Origin: Candidatus Poseidoniaceae archaeon
Lineage (GTDB): Archaea; Thermoplasmatota; Poseidoniia; Poseidoniales; Poseidoniaceae
Assembly (NCBI GenBank): GCA_023254445.1
Contig: JALRLN010000003.1
Coordinates: 1-34,814, forward strand
Direction of reading: 5' to 3'
Length of the DNA: 34,814 bases
In this document: positions 15,642 through 23,448 of the stretch, piece after piece
How positions within the stretch are numbered: position 1 is the first letter of the stretch
Layout of the letters: each line of letters opens with the position of its first letter
Made by a program: the position numbers and the translations under genes
The notes under the pieces: model-generated
What the model was told of the DNA's origin: nothing
The model's input: only the letters and a program-made list of their open reading frames with translations
Databases searched by the model: none

Positions 15642-18600
15642 GCGTGAGCTTGCCTCCCGGGGAGGCCGTCGACGTCGAACTTGACCTTGGAAGCCTCATG
15701 CCGTTTGAACACGGCTTTGTCACAACGTGGGTCGGCCGAAGGAAGACACCCTCCGGACACCGTCTGGTTCGTGGTCACAGGGTGATTGGTTGGCTCGCTG
15801 CCTCGGAAGCCGGGTTGATTGGGGGTGCAGAGGGCCAGGCGGCTTTGCTGAGCCTTGAGGCGGACGCCGAACACGTTCGGCATGTTGCGGAATCGTGGAC
15901 CCTCGGAGAACTTGCAGACGTGCTGATGCTGATGCCGAGCGTGGTGCTCCATGCAGTGGACCTCGAGGGACTGCCGTCCGGGCCGGGCCCAGCACGTCGC
16001 TTGCTGTCCCGCTCGGCTTCGGTCATCATGGCAGCGTTGAACGAGGATCCTGAAGTCCTTGGAGCCGTTTTGGTTGACCAAGGCCTGCTCGTCGACCATA
16101 CCGGGCACGTGCCTGGTGATACGGACGAACTCGCTGGCTTGGTGGCCGACACCATGCGCACCCGTCAAACGATTGCAGGAGGTCTTGGTCTTCCCGAGGA
16201 AGGGCACTGGACGCTCGCCACACCGCAGGGCTCCGTGCTCTTGGCTTCGGCTGCTGACCTTGCTCTTGGCGTGTGGACGGCATCAGGTTCGGACCACCGG
16301 CGCTTGCTTCAACGGATGGCCAACGCCGTCTCCGGCAGCGCGGGTGACGACGGGCAGGCAGGGCACCTGCCGGAAGGGTTCGTTCTTCGCGAAGGAAAGA
16401 GCGGACCTGATGCTGTCCTCTCGATGCTCCGCGTCGCTCGAGAAGAGCAAGTGTACGGCCACCTCAGCGTCGGGGCCGGTGAACGAACCACGGCGGTGGT
16501 GCTGCTCTCTGGCCGCCCAGTGGGCTTGGTTTCCTCAAGCGCCGCGACGTTGGAAGAAGCGGTGTACGACCTGACAGACCGTCGACGTGTGGCCAGATTG
16601 CACCAACTCCCACTCGACGCGGCGATTGGCGAAGGCACCGCCAACGTTCCAGGTTTCACGCTCGCCGCCTTCGGTGCCTCCATCGCCAGCAGCCGCTCAC
16701 GCACGGAAGACCGCAAAGACACCCTCATGGCTCGCTACGAGGACATCTTAGGGTTCGATGTCGGCCTTGAATCGCTTGGCCCGAAGGTTGCCCACCTCGG
16801 TGAAGCAGCCGAGGGCGTCGACCACCTGAGCACCGGCGACAGCCCGAGGCTGGTGATCGACGCGGGATACCGCCAACGGCTTGAAGACGCCGAGCACCGA
16901 ATGGACGGCCTTCAACAGGAAGCAGCAGCACTTCAGGCCCGACTCGAACAGGCCGAAAACGCACGGATGCGCGCAGAAGTGGCACTCCGCGAAGCCAAGG
17001 ACGCCACAGGGGAAGGCCAGGACCGACTTCGTGCGACAGGCGCAGACCTCGACCAAGCAAAGCTGGCCGTCGCGGAAGCCGAACGTCGCGCGGAAGCGGC
17101 CGAAGCACGCGCTGAACGTTTGGTCCGGCGCACGTCCGAACTCGAGCATCAACTCGAACGCCGAGCGGCAGAACTTGCCCGTACCGTGGCGGATTCAGGG
17201 AGCAGGGAGGCCCTTGCTTCGACCTTGGCAGGCATGGCTGAGGAAGAGGCTCGCGTCAAGGCGGAGCTGCAAACAAGCGCAGAGCGGTTGACAGAAGTCA
17301 AGCGACGGCTGGTGGAGGACGAGCGGCACCTTCGCCTCCTTGAAGAGCAGACGTCGGCTGCCCACGAGCGCCAAGCAAACGCGGTACGGGACCTTGCAGT
17401 AACCGAGGACGGCGTACGAGCAGGAAAGGCCGAACTTGCAGCGGTGGAGGCAGAAGTTCGCGCCGCCCGACGTCGGGCGGACGACGAACGCGAACGTCGA
17501 AGGGAGGACGAAGTTCGTCGTTCCCACCTTGAATCTGAAATCCGAGGGCTGTTGGAGGAACGCCGTACTGTGCTTCGCGAACTTGGAGACCTTGGTGTGC
17601 AGCGCGGGCAATCCGAGGCTCAGGTCGCTCACCTCGCCGATCAGGCCGACGCCTTGGCCACGGCTCATGAAGCGGCACTTGCCGACATCGAAGAAGCACG
17701 ACGTCTCCGTGCGAGGCTCACGGACGAGCCTCTTGCACAAGCCCTGCTGGAAGACGGAGCGTCCATGGCGGCGCTTGGTCCGGTGCTGGAACGCTTGGAA
17801 CATACACGAGCGCAAGGCTACTCGGTCGTCTTGTTGGACAAGGCCGTCGAACGCGCGTTGCAGGTCATTGGCACCGTGGTCGACCGTGCAGCCGAGACGC
17901 CGCGACACCTGCTTTCCAACGACGTGATGCTGCTGCTTGAACAGCAGGTCCCTGAAACGGCGGGGATCGTTCGAGGCCTGACTCGATGGTCCGTTCAGCA
18001 ACGACTGGAACACTCGCTGAAGCAGGCCGTCACGGACGTTGTGCTCGACTTGGAGCACCTGCTCGAAGACCAAGACCGTGCCATCACCATGCTCCGTCGC
18101 ACCAGAAACGTGCTCGAACAATTGGCCCGCTTGGGTGCGCCACAAGACGAGATCGATGCGCTCATGTCACGTTGCAGGTATCCAGAGGCGCTGCCGGACA
18201 TCGCTGCCGCAACGCAGCGGCTCATTCGCGTGGCCTTGGACGACATCCACCTCGAAGCCGATCAGCGCGACGCGGGTGCTTCGGTCGCCCTGGCCTTGAC
18301 CGCCGAAGCCCTCGAAGAATTGCTGAGCCAACTTGAGGCTGCGGGCCTTGTTGGCGGTCGGCCTGCAGGTCATCTTTGGGCCTTCATGGCAAGCGGGCTG
18401 CTCCCCTCTGAGGCCGGACACGCCCCATCAGCAGCACCCGAGGATGATGTTCTGCCCCTTGAGGAGGCTCCACCGGAGGAACCCGCACCTGAAGAGGCGG
18501 ATGCCACGGAGGCTCCCCATCCACCGGTCCCGGCGGCGTCGCGCTCCTTGCCACCGCTCGACGACGCCGAAGAACGGATGCGCCTTGAGGCTGAACTTGC

Positions 18601-18721
18601 TGCCTTGGACGCAGCACGGGCCCCCCACGGGCAAGGCCGTGAGCACGTCGAGGAGGGTTTGGATGCTGGCATGGCGGCCTTGGCAGCGCTCGAGGCACGC
18701 TTGGGTGATCTGGAACTTTGA
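15638..18721 (+). CDS. 1027-aa multi-domain coiled-coil protein. The N-terminal 330 aa contain a Roadblock/LC7-like module flanked by two DUF4388/PATAN-like segments (tentative). About 300 aa of coiled coil follow, then a helical domain, a Pro/Glu-rich linker and a terminal helix.
   Basis: The Roadblock-like part is aa 124-226 (nt 16007-16315): VIMAALNEDPEVLGAVLVDQGLLVDHTGHVPGDTDELAGLVADTMRTRQTIAGGLGLPEEGHWTLATPQGSVLLASAADLALGVWTAS. The heptad-like A/E/R/L-rich stretch is aa 408-700 (nt 16859-17737). The PEEAPPEEPAPEE linker is aa 928-975. GGAGGTGGA lies 4-5 nt before the ATG. Confidence 0.75.
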   Translation: MSVSLPPGEAVDVELDLGSLMPFEHGFVTTWVGRRKTPSGHRLVRGHRVIGWLAASEAGLIGGAEGQAALLSLEADAEHVRHVAESWTLGELADVLMLMPSVVLHAVDLEGLPSGPGPARRLLSRSASVIMAALNEDPEVLGAVLVDQGLLVDHTGHVPGDTDELAGLVADTMRTRQTIAGGLGLPEEGHWTLATPQGSVLLASAADLALGVWTASGSDHRRLLQRMANAVSGSAGDDGQAGHLPEGFVLREGKSGPDAVLSMLRVAREEQVYGHLSVGAGERTTAVVLLSGRPVGLVSSSAATLEEAVYDLTDRRRVARLHQLPLDAAIGEGTANVPGFTLAAFGASIASSRSRTEDRKDTLMARYEDILGFDVGLESLGPKVAHLGEAAEGVDHLSTGDSPRLVIDAGYRQRLEDAEHRMDGLQQEAAALQARLEQAENARMRAEVALREAKDATGEGQDRLRATGADLDQAKLAVAEAERRAEAAEARAERLVRRTSELEHQLERRAAELARTVADSGSREALASTLAGMAEEEARVKAELQTSAERLTEVKRRLVEDERHLRLLEEQTSAAHERQANAVRDLAVTEDGVRAGKAELAAVEAEVRAARRRADDERERRREDEVRRSHLESEIRGLLEERRTVLRELGDLGVQRGQSEAQVAHLADQADALATAHEAALADIEEARRLRARLTDEPLAQALLEDGASMAALGPVLERLEHTRAQGYSVVLLDKAVERALQVIGTVVDRAAETPRHLLSNDVMLLLEQQVPETAGIVRGLTRWSVQQRLEHSLKQAVTDVVLDLEHLLEDQDRAITMLRRTRNVLEQLARLGAPQDEIDALMSRCRYPEALPDIAAATQRLIRVALDDIHLEADQRDAGASVALALTAEALEELLSQLEAAGLVGGRPAGHLWAFMASGLLPSEAGHAPSAAPEDDVLPLEEAPPEEPAPEEADATEAPHPPVPAASRSLPPLDDAEERMRLEAELAALDAARAPHGQGREHVEEGLDAGMAALAALEARLGDLEL

Positions 18722-18730
18722 GGTGGCTGT

Positions 18731-18985
18731 GTGAGCGAGCGTTGGCCTTTGCCACCTCAGCGCGACCACTCCATCGTCGACCGGCCGTACCCGCTCTTTC
18801 TCGAGCGCGTGGTGCTTTTCTTGCTGCTCTGCGGGATCGTCGCGCTTGTGGTGGTGGGAGCGCGTGCGCTCCCTTGGTCGCCGTGGTTGACCGTCCCGCT
18901 GATGCTGCCGTTGGCCTTCGTTCTCTGGGTGTCGTTGGGGGAGCGGCTTGGGGGCCTGGTCCAGTTGGCGCACCTCGACCGATGA
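18731..18985 (+). CDS. Small (84 aa) two-TM membrane protein, third gene of the Roadblock/coiled-coil operon
   Basis: GTG 18731 lies 9 nt after the upstream stop, with GAGGTGG at 18720-18726. There are two clear hydrophobic helices: VVLFLLLCGIVALVVVG and LTVPLMLPLAFVLWVSL. Confidence 0.6.
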   Translation: MSERWPLPPQRDHSIVDRPYPLFLERVVLFLLLCGIVALVVVGARALPWSPWLTVPLMLPLAFVLWVSLGERLGGLVQLAHLDR

Positions 18986-20209
18986 TCACAGCCAAACGTT
19001 GTCCTTCGGGGTCTCGTCCTCCGAACCACCCACCAGGTTTCCAACGACGAGGGCACGGAGTTGGGCCAAACGTCCCCAGGGCACGAGGAGGCGTAGGGTC
19101 GCTGCGACGCCGAGGAACAACAAGGCGGAAATGACGACCCCATAGGTCAACCTGAGTTCAATGGAATCCGACACTTGGCTTGCCCACTGGCTCCCAGTGG
19201 TCGTGGTGACGATCTCCAGAAGCACCCCATGGAAGCCAAGGGCCACCATGGTGGCCAGCCCCGTGAGGGTCAGGTACAGCGCAGTGTGCCGGAGGTGGCT
19301 GTTCAGGACGTTGTCCATTTGGCGTACGTACTCTTCGTCCCGCTTGCAGGATTCTGGGAGCCGGTAGGCGTACTCGAGGTGACGAATCACGCCGAAGGCG
19401 GACTCTTGGAAGACCATCATCAGGACAGCGATGAGGATGAGCGAGAGTTGCTGCGAGGTGACGAGTTTGAAGCCAAGCAGGCCGACCTCTGGTGTTCCAA
19501 CTTGCGTGTCGAGCGTGGACAACCCGTCGCCGTACGCACCGAGTTGGTTCAGGACCACAGGGAAGGTGAGGATGGCGTGAAGTCCGAGGAAAAGAAGCGT
19601 GAAACCGATGGACCACACCACGGCCTGACGGGACAGCCCCCAAATTCCTCGCGTTCCCATGATGACGGGGAGGAGGTACACAAAGAGGACCAGCAAGGAC
19701 AGAATGAGCATCAACGGCCATTGGAGCAAGGCCAGTTCGCTTTGGTCGGGGAGGTCAAGACGGAACTCGATGATCATGCCTCCAACCCACGCCAGCATCA
19801 TGCGTCCGACCAGCAGCACGATGAGGGACACAATCACGCCAATCCGAATTCGTTGCTGGAGTTTCGGAGGCTGGAACGCGAGGAGCGCCATGCTTCCACC
19901 AAGGGATAAACCGAGCACCAGAGGGACGGTGAATCGCGCAAGTCCTTGCCGCCCAACACCCGTCAGCCAGTCCCCGAGGGGAAGATCGGAGCCCATGATG
20001 ACTTCCAGCGTGTCGAAGAGCATCGTGTGGTCGATGGAGCCGACCACGTAGGTGCCGATCACCTCGAGGTACATCCACACCAAGGCCACCGTAGCGATCA
20101 CCTGCAGGGCGAGGATCTGCCATTGCTTTCGGAGGTTCCTCAAGTGCAGCGTGTGGCGATGGCCGCCGCTGTGGGTGATGTCCGATTGAACGTCAACCTC
20201 GCCTGCCAT
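18986..20209 (-). CDS. Polytopic membrane protein (about 8-9 TM) of unknown family, last gene of the DUF4350-DUF58 operon
   Basis: ORF track 407 aa. ATG 20209 lies 1 nt after the DUF58 stop, with GAGGGGG upstream. Hydrophobic helices occur throughout. Confidence 0.7.
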   Translation of the reverse strand: MAGEVDVQSDITHSGGHRHTLHLRNLRKQWQILALQVIATVALVWMYLEVIGTYVVGSIDHTMLFDTLEVIMGSDLPLGDWLTGVGRQGLARFTVPLVLGLSLGGSMALLAFQPPKLQQRIRIGVIVSLIVLLVGRMMLAWVGGMIIEFRLDLPDQSELALLQWPLMLILSLLVLFVYLLPVIMGTRGIWGLSRQAVVWSIGFTLLFLGLHAILTFPVVLNQLGAYGDGLSTLDTQVGTPEVGLLGFKLVTSQQLSLILIAVLMMVFQESAFGVIRHLEYAYRLPESCKRDEEYVRQMDNVLNSHLRHTALYLTLTGLATMVALGFHGVLLEIVTTTTGSQWASQVSDSIELRLTYGVVISALLFLGVAATLRLLVPWGRLAQLRALVVGNLVGGSEDETPKDNVWL

Positions 20210-20210
20210 G

Positions 20211-21464
20211 TCAGTACCCCCTCACTTGCATCAGGGCCTGAGCGAGGTCCATGTCCGGCATCCAGTCGATGACCTGCGCTCCAGAACTGGCGAGGCTTGT
20301 CAACCTGTTTTGGCGCTCCATCCTCAGCACCTCGTACGAGAGCCGAGGGATGCGGCTCACCAACCGCTCAAAGTCGATGGAGGACGGTGTCAGGACGGTG
20401 ACGTCGTGACCACGTCCAACGAGGTCACGAACCGCTGCAGGCACCGTCCCATCGCCTTCGACGCTGGAGATGATGAACACCGGCGAGCCGCGGCTGAAGC
20501 GGCCGGACACCGAATTCGTGACGGCCTGGAGGGGCATTTCGCCGGTGTGGCTCACGCCAGCAAGCGTGCTGAGGATCTTGAAGTACTGCTTGTCACCGGT
20601 GTCCGGTGGCAGGTAGGACAAGCCGTCACCATACACAGCCAGGGCGACGGAATCCCTCCGTTGTAGGAAGTACGAGGCAAGGGAAGCAGCGGAAACGCAC
20701 CCCATCTCGAGCGGGTTCTTGAGGACGGTTCCGATCCGGGAAATCTCACGAGCATCGAGCAGGATGAAGACGTCAGTGACTGCATCCCGACACTTTTCGT
20801 TCACCATCAACTCGCCCGTTCGAGCATACGCCTTCCAGTTGATGCTCTTGAACGGGTCACCGGGGACGTATTCGCGAAGGGAGTAGAACTCAGACCCTTG
20901 GCCGGGGGTTCGGAGGGTTGTGGCACCCGTGTACATCTTGGGCGTTCGGCTGCGAAGGAAGGCTTCCTCAACGTCCTTGACCTGAGGGAAGACGATGATG
21001 TCGGAGTGGTGATCGATGCGCATTTCTTCGACGCCGAGGTTGAACGTGTTGCGGTGACGAAGGGAGACAGGTCCGATGGTGTAGTGCCCCCGAAGCGGGC
21101 ATCGAAGCACGTACCTGATGCGCGCAGACTCACCTGGGGCGAGGTCCAATCGCATCTGGTTCAAGCCGCTTCGGAGTTTCATCTCGTGAGGTACGTTGTC
21201 GAACACCTCGAGGGTTTGCGTCCGACGAAGGCTGCGGTTGATGACGAGAAGTTCGACGTACAGGTCGTCGCCTTTGTACAGGTTGTCGGCCGACAGGGTC
21301 CGCTGAACTTCGATGTCACCATGCCCCGTCATCCATGCGTTCACGGTGATGAACGCGATGAACGCGAATCCAAGGATCATCATTTGATGGTTGGAAATCA
21401 TCATGCCAATGAGCACCAAGGCGAGGCCTGCAACGATGGTGAAGGCCGCCTTCCTTGTCCACAT
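20211..21464 (-). CDS. DUF58 domain protein (vWA-like, usually MoxR-associated) with an N-terminal TM hairpin
   Basis: The signature is GQGSEFYSLREYVPGDPFKSINWKAYARTGELMVNE, followed by FILLDAR. Two TM helices sit at the N-terminus. GGAGGGG lies 6 nt upstream of the ATG. Confidence 0.9.
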   Translation of the reverse strand: MWTRKAAFTIVAGLALVLIGMMISNHQMMILGFAFIAFITVNAWMTGHGDIEVQRTLSADNLYKGDDLYVELLVINRSLRRTQTLEVFDNVPHEMKLRSGLNQMRLDLAPGESARIRYVLRCPLRGHYTIGPVSLRHRNTFNLGVEEMRIDHHSDIIVFPQVKDVEEAFLRSRTPKMYTGATTLRTPGQGSEFYSLREYVPGDPFKSINWKAYARTGELMVNEKCRDAVTDVFILLDAREISRIGTVLKNPLEMGCVSAASLASYFLQRRDSVALAVYGDGLSYLPPDTGDKQYFKILSTLAGVSHTGEMPLQAVTNSVSGRFSRGSPVFIISSVEGDGTVPAAVRDLVGRGHDVTVLTPSSIDFERLVSRIPRLSYEVLRMERQNRLTSLASSGAQVIDWMPDMDLAQALMQVRGY

Positions 21465-21476
21465 CCAGACCCCTCC

Positions 21477-23111
21477 TCAGGCGCGCCCCCACGCCTTGAT
21501 GCGCTTGACAAGCGCGACCGTTTCTTCGAGGCTGTACCTCCCGGGCTTCACGGCAAAGGAAGCCAAGGCTTCGTCACCGATGAGGGCGACCAATTCGTTG
21601 ACTTCCAGCGCATCAAATTCTTCTCGTGTCAGTCCGTTTTGGTTTCGAACCTTCGAGAGCAAGACCTGGCGAATTTTCTCGCTTTTCGTGTAGTAATCGT
21701 AGCGTTCGGCGTCGCCAAACCCGTAGTAGATGATGCTGAACACGTGCCGCCACGACTGAGGGTCCCGCTTGCGAAGGAGGACCATCTCAAACGCGAGGAA
21801 GAGACCAACGAACAGGACCGCCATCGCGAGGCCTTCTCCTGTGAAGTACACGAGCAGGAAGTAGATCGTGTTGTATCCTTCCGTGACCAGAACGTTCTGG
21901 GTGTGGCGGCTTTCGTCGAAGATCACCTGCGCGTTCGAAGAGGGGGCAGCCCCTTCCTGGTTCGGGTCATCAAGGGCTTCAGCGATGATGTCCAACATGA
22001 GGCGACGGTTGTCGTTTTCAGGGATCGAGCGCTCAACGTCAGACTCGGCCTTGGTTTCGTCGGGATAGGCTCCTTCGTTGAAGGACTCGTAATCGTAGAG
22101 GGCGTTGATGAGCATGCTGCCGTCGGCGAAGAAGAGGATGCGGCCACCGTCGTCGGGGTCGCAACTTCGGTCCACGCAGGCTTCGACGCTGAGGTTGAAT
22201 TGTCCCCAAAGGTCCGGCGTTTCGGCCGTCACTTCGTTGCCGACCCAAATTTCCCCATCCCCGTTCACGTCCACTGTTGCCTCGTTGCTCGTTGTGGCGA
22301 GCACGTGCACCTCACGCAAGGCGCCGCGCACGTCCGGCACAATCTCGATGCCCGTGGCCACGTTGAGCAGCACGCGGTAACTTGCGTTGAACTCCACAAC
22401 GCCGAGTTCGCCACTTGTTGGCGTCCAGTGTTGAATGCACAAGCCCGCTTCGTCCCGTGCCATGGTTTCGCCGTCGAGGAGTGCACACGGATGCGTCACG
22501 GTTTCCGCCTCGTCGCCCCAGCGGGGATGGGTGGCGACCGTCGTGAGGTCCAATTCCGTTCCATTCATGCCACAGGGGCTTGATTGCACGCACATCCAGA
22601 TGTAGTTGTAATCGAGTTCAGTTGCGTACAAGGTGTCGTACACCTGCCAACCGCCGTAGTTCAGTCCAAACGCGTCGGCGATGCCACCTGCATACCCGAA
22701 ATCCTCCATCACGATGACGGTGCCACCGTCTTCGACGAATTTCACAATGGCTTCGATTTCAGAGGGACTGTAGCCGTCCTCCGAAGCAAACCGAACCAAG
22801 CCATCGGGGTCAAACTGCGGCAGGGAGAGCGTGTCGCGCTCCATGCCTGCAATCACAAAGGTCGTGTTGCGCGGATCGTCGATGTCGGCAAGCAGGAGCG
22901 GGCTGCTGACAAGGGAGCGTGTTTCCACCCCCATCGCGTCAAGGTCCTCGCGGAAGGCAGAGAGGTCGTTCCAGTCGTCGTCGTAGGCAGACAACTGCTC
23001 AATGTTGGCGAGGTTGACGAAGTTCAGCAAGACCATCATCGCCACAACGCCCAGCACCGCCCAAAACGCGGTCTGGAGGGCGAGCCTCCGCATCTTCGTC
23101 GTCACCTGCAT
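21477..23111 (-). CDS. DUF4350-like membrane-anchored extracytoplasmic protein (GldG/GATase1-like fold) with a Cys-rich insertion and a C-terminal TM plus cytoplasmic tail
   Basis: An N-terminal TM is followed by AYDDDWNDLSAFREDLDAMGVE...FVIAGMERD...SEIEAIVKFVEDGGTVIVMEDFG and, late in the protein, VIFDESRH. This pattern matches my memory of DUF4350. AAGGTGAGG lies before the ATG. Confidence 0.7.
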   Translation of the reverse strand: MQVTTKMRRLALQTAFWAVLGVVAMMVLLNFVNLANIEQLSAYDDDWNDLSAFREDLDAMGVETRSLVSSPLLLADIDDPRNTTFVIAGMERDTLSLPQFDPDGLVRFASEDGYSPSEIEAIVKFVEDGGTVIVMEDFGYAGGIADAFGLNYGGWQVYDTLYATELDYNYIWMCVQSSPCGMNGTELDLTTVATHPRWGDEAETVTHPCALLDGETMARDEAGLCIQHWTPTSGELGVVEFNASYRVLLNVATGIEIVPDVRGALREVHVLATTSNEATVDVNGDGEIWVGNEVTAETPDLWGQFNLSVEACVDRSCDPDDGGRILFFADGSMLINALYDYESFNEGAYPDETKAESDVERSIPENDNRRLMLDIIAEALDDPNQEGAAPSSNAQVIFDESRHTQNVLVTEGYNTIYFLLVYFTGEGLAMAVLFVGLFLAFEMVLLRKRDPQSWRHVFSIIYYGFGDAERYDYYTKSEKIRQVLLSKVRNQNGLTREEFDALEVNELVALIGDEALASFAVKPGRYSLEETVALVKRIKAWGRA

Positions 23112-23199
23112 GGCCTCACCTTTGGAGCATCATTCAGACAACGACGCCTTCGCGCGCGTTTAGAAGGTTGCTCAGGAATGTGGCTTCGTGCATCACCCG

Positions 23200-23439
23200 T
23201 CATTGGTGAAGACGGACCACCGAGGCGATCTGTTGGACGACGTCGATGGGGATCTCGACGAGGCGATTGGTGGAAGGCCACGGGAGTTGCTCTGTGTTGA
23301 TGTTCTCCAACGGAGCGACGATGATGTGGCTCAGCGCCCCGGTGCCTTCAGCGATTCGTAAATCGACCACGTTTCCAAGGGCTTCGCCAGCGACGTCATG
23401 CACAGGGCGACCAATGATTTCCAGCGCGAAGCTCGCCAT
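23200..23439 (-). CDS. Small PRC-barrel domain protein
   Basis: The 79-aa product reads ALEIIGRPVHDVAGEALGNVVDLRIAEGTGALSHIIVAP, which fits the PRC-barrel pattern. The ATG lies 9 nt after the cdc48 stop, with GAGGGA between them. Confidence 0.8.
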   Translation of the reverse strand: MASFALEIIGRPVHDVAGEALGNVVDLRIAEGTGALSHIIVAPLENINTEQLPWPSTNRLVEIPIDVVQQIASVVRLHQ

Positions 23440-23448
23440 TGTCGTCCC

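Noticed and set aside
14172-16207. Long ORFs 14172..15086 (+, 304 aa) and 14807..16207 (-, 466 aa) crossing the thiolase gene, the intergenic region and the Roadblock genes
   Set aside because: The first is antisense to a gene with an unambiguous SGGKDS PP-loop. The second runs straight through the AT-rich non-coding block and is antisense to two coupled genes. Both translations are Arg/Pro/Ser-rich noise.
16373-16399. Possible P-loop (GFVLREGKS) in the 1027-aa protein
   Set aside because: The spacing is G-x5-GKS rather than the Walker A G-x4-GK[ST]. No Walker B or switch motifs follow, and the context looks like a beta-strand of a DUF4388-like module.
20898-22583. 561-aa plus-strand ORF over the DUF58 and DUF4350 genes
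   Set aside because: It is antisense to a textbook DUF58 signature and crosses the DUF58/DUF4350 junction, which has a clear stop, Shine-Dalgarno site and start on the minus strand.
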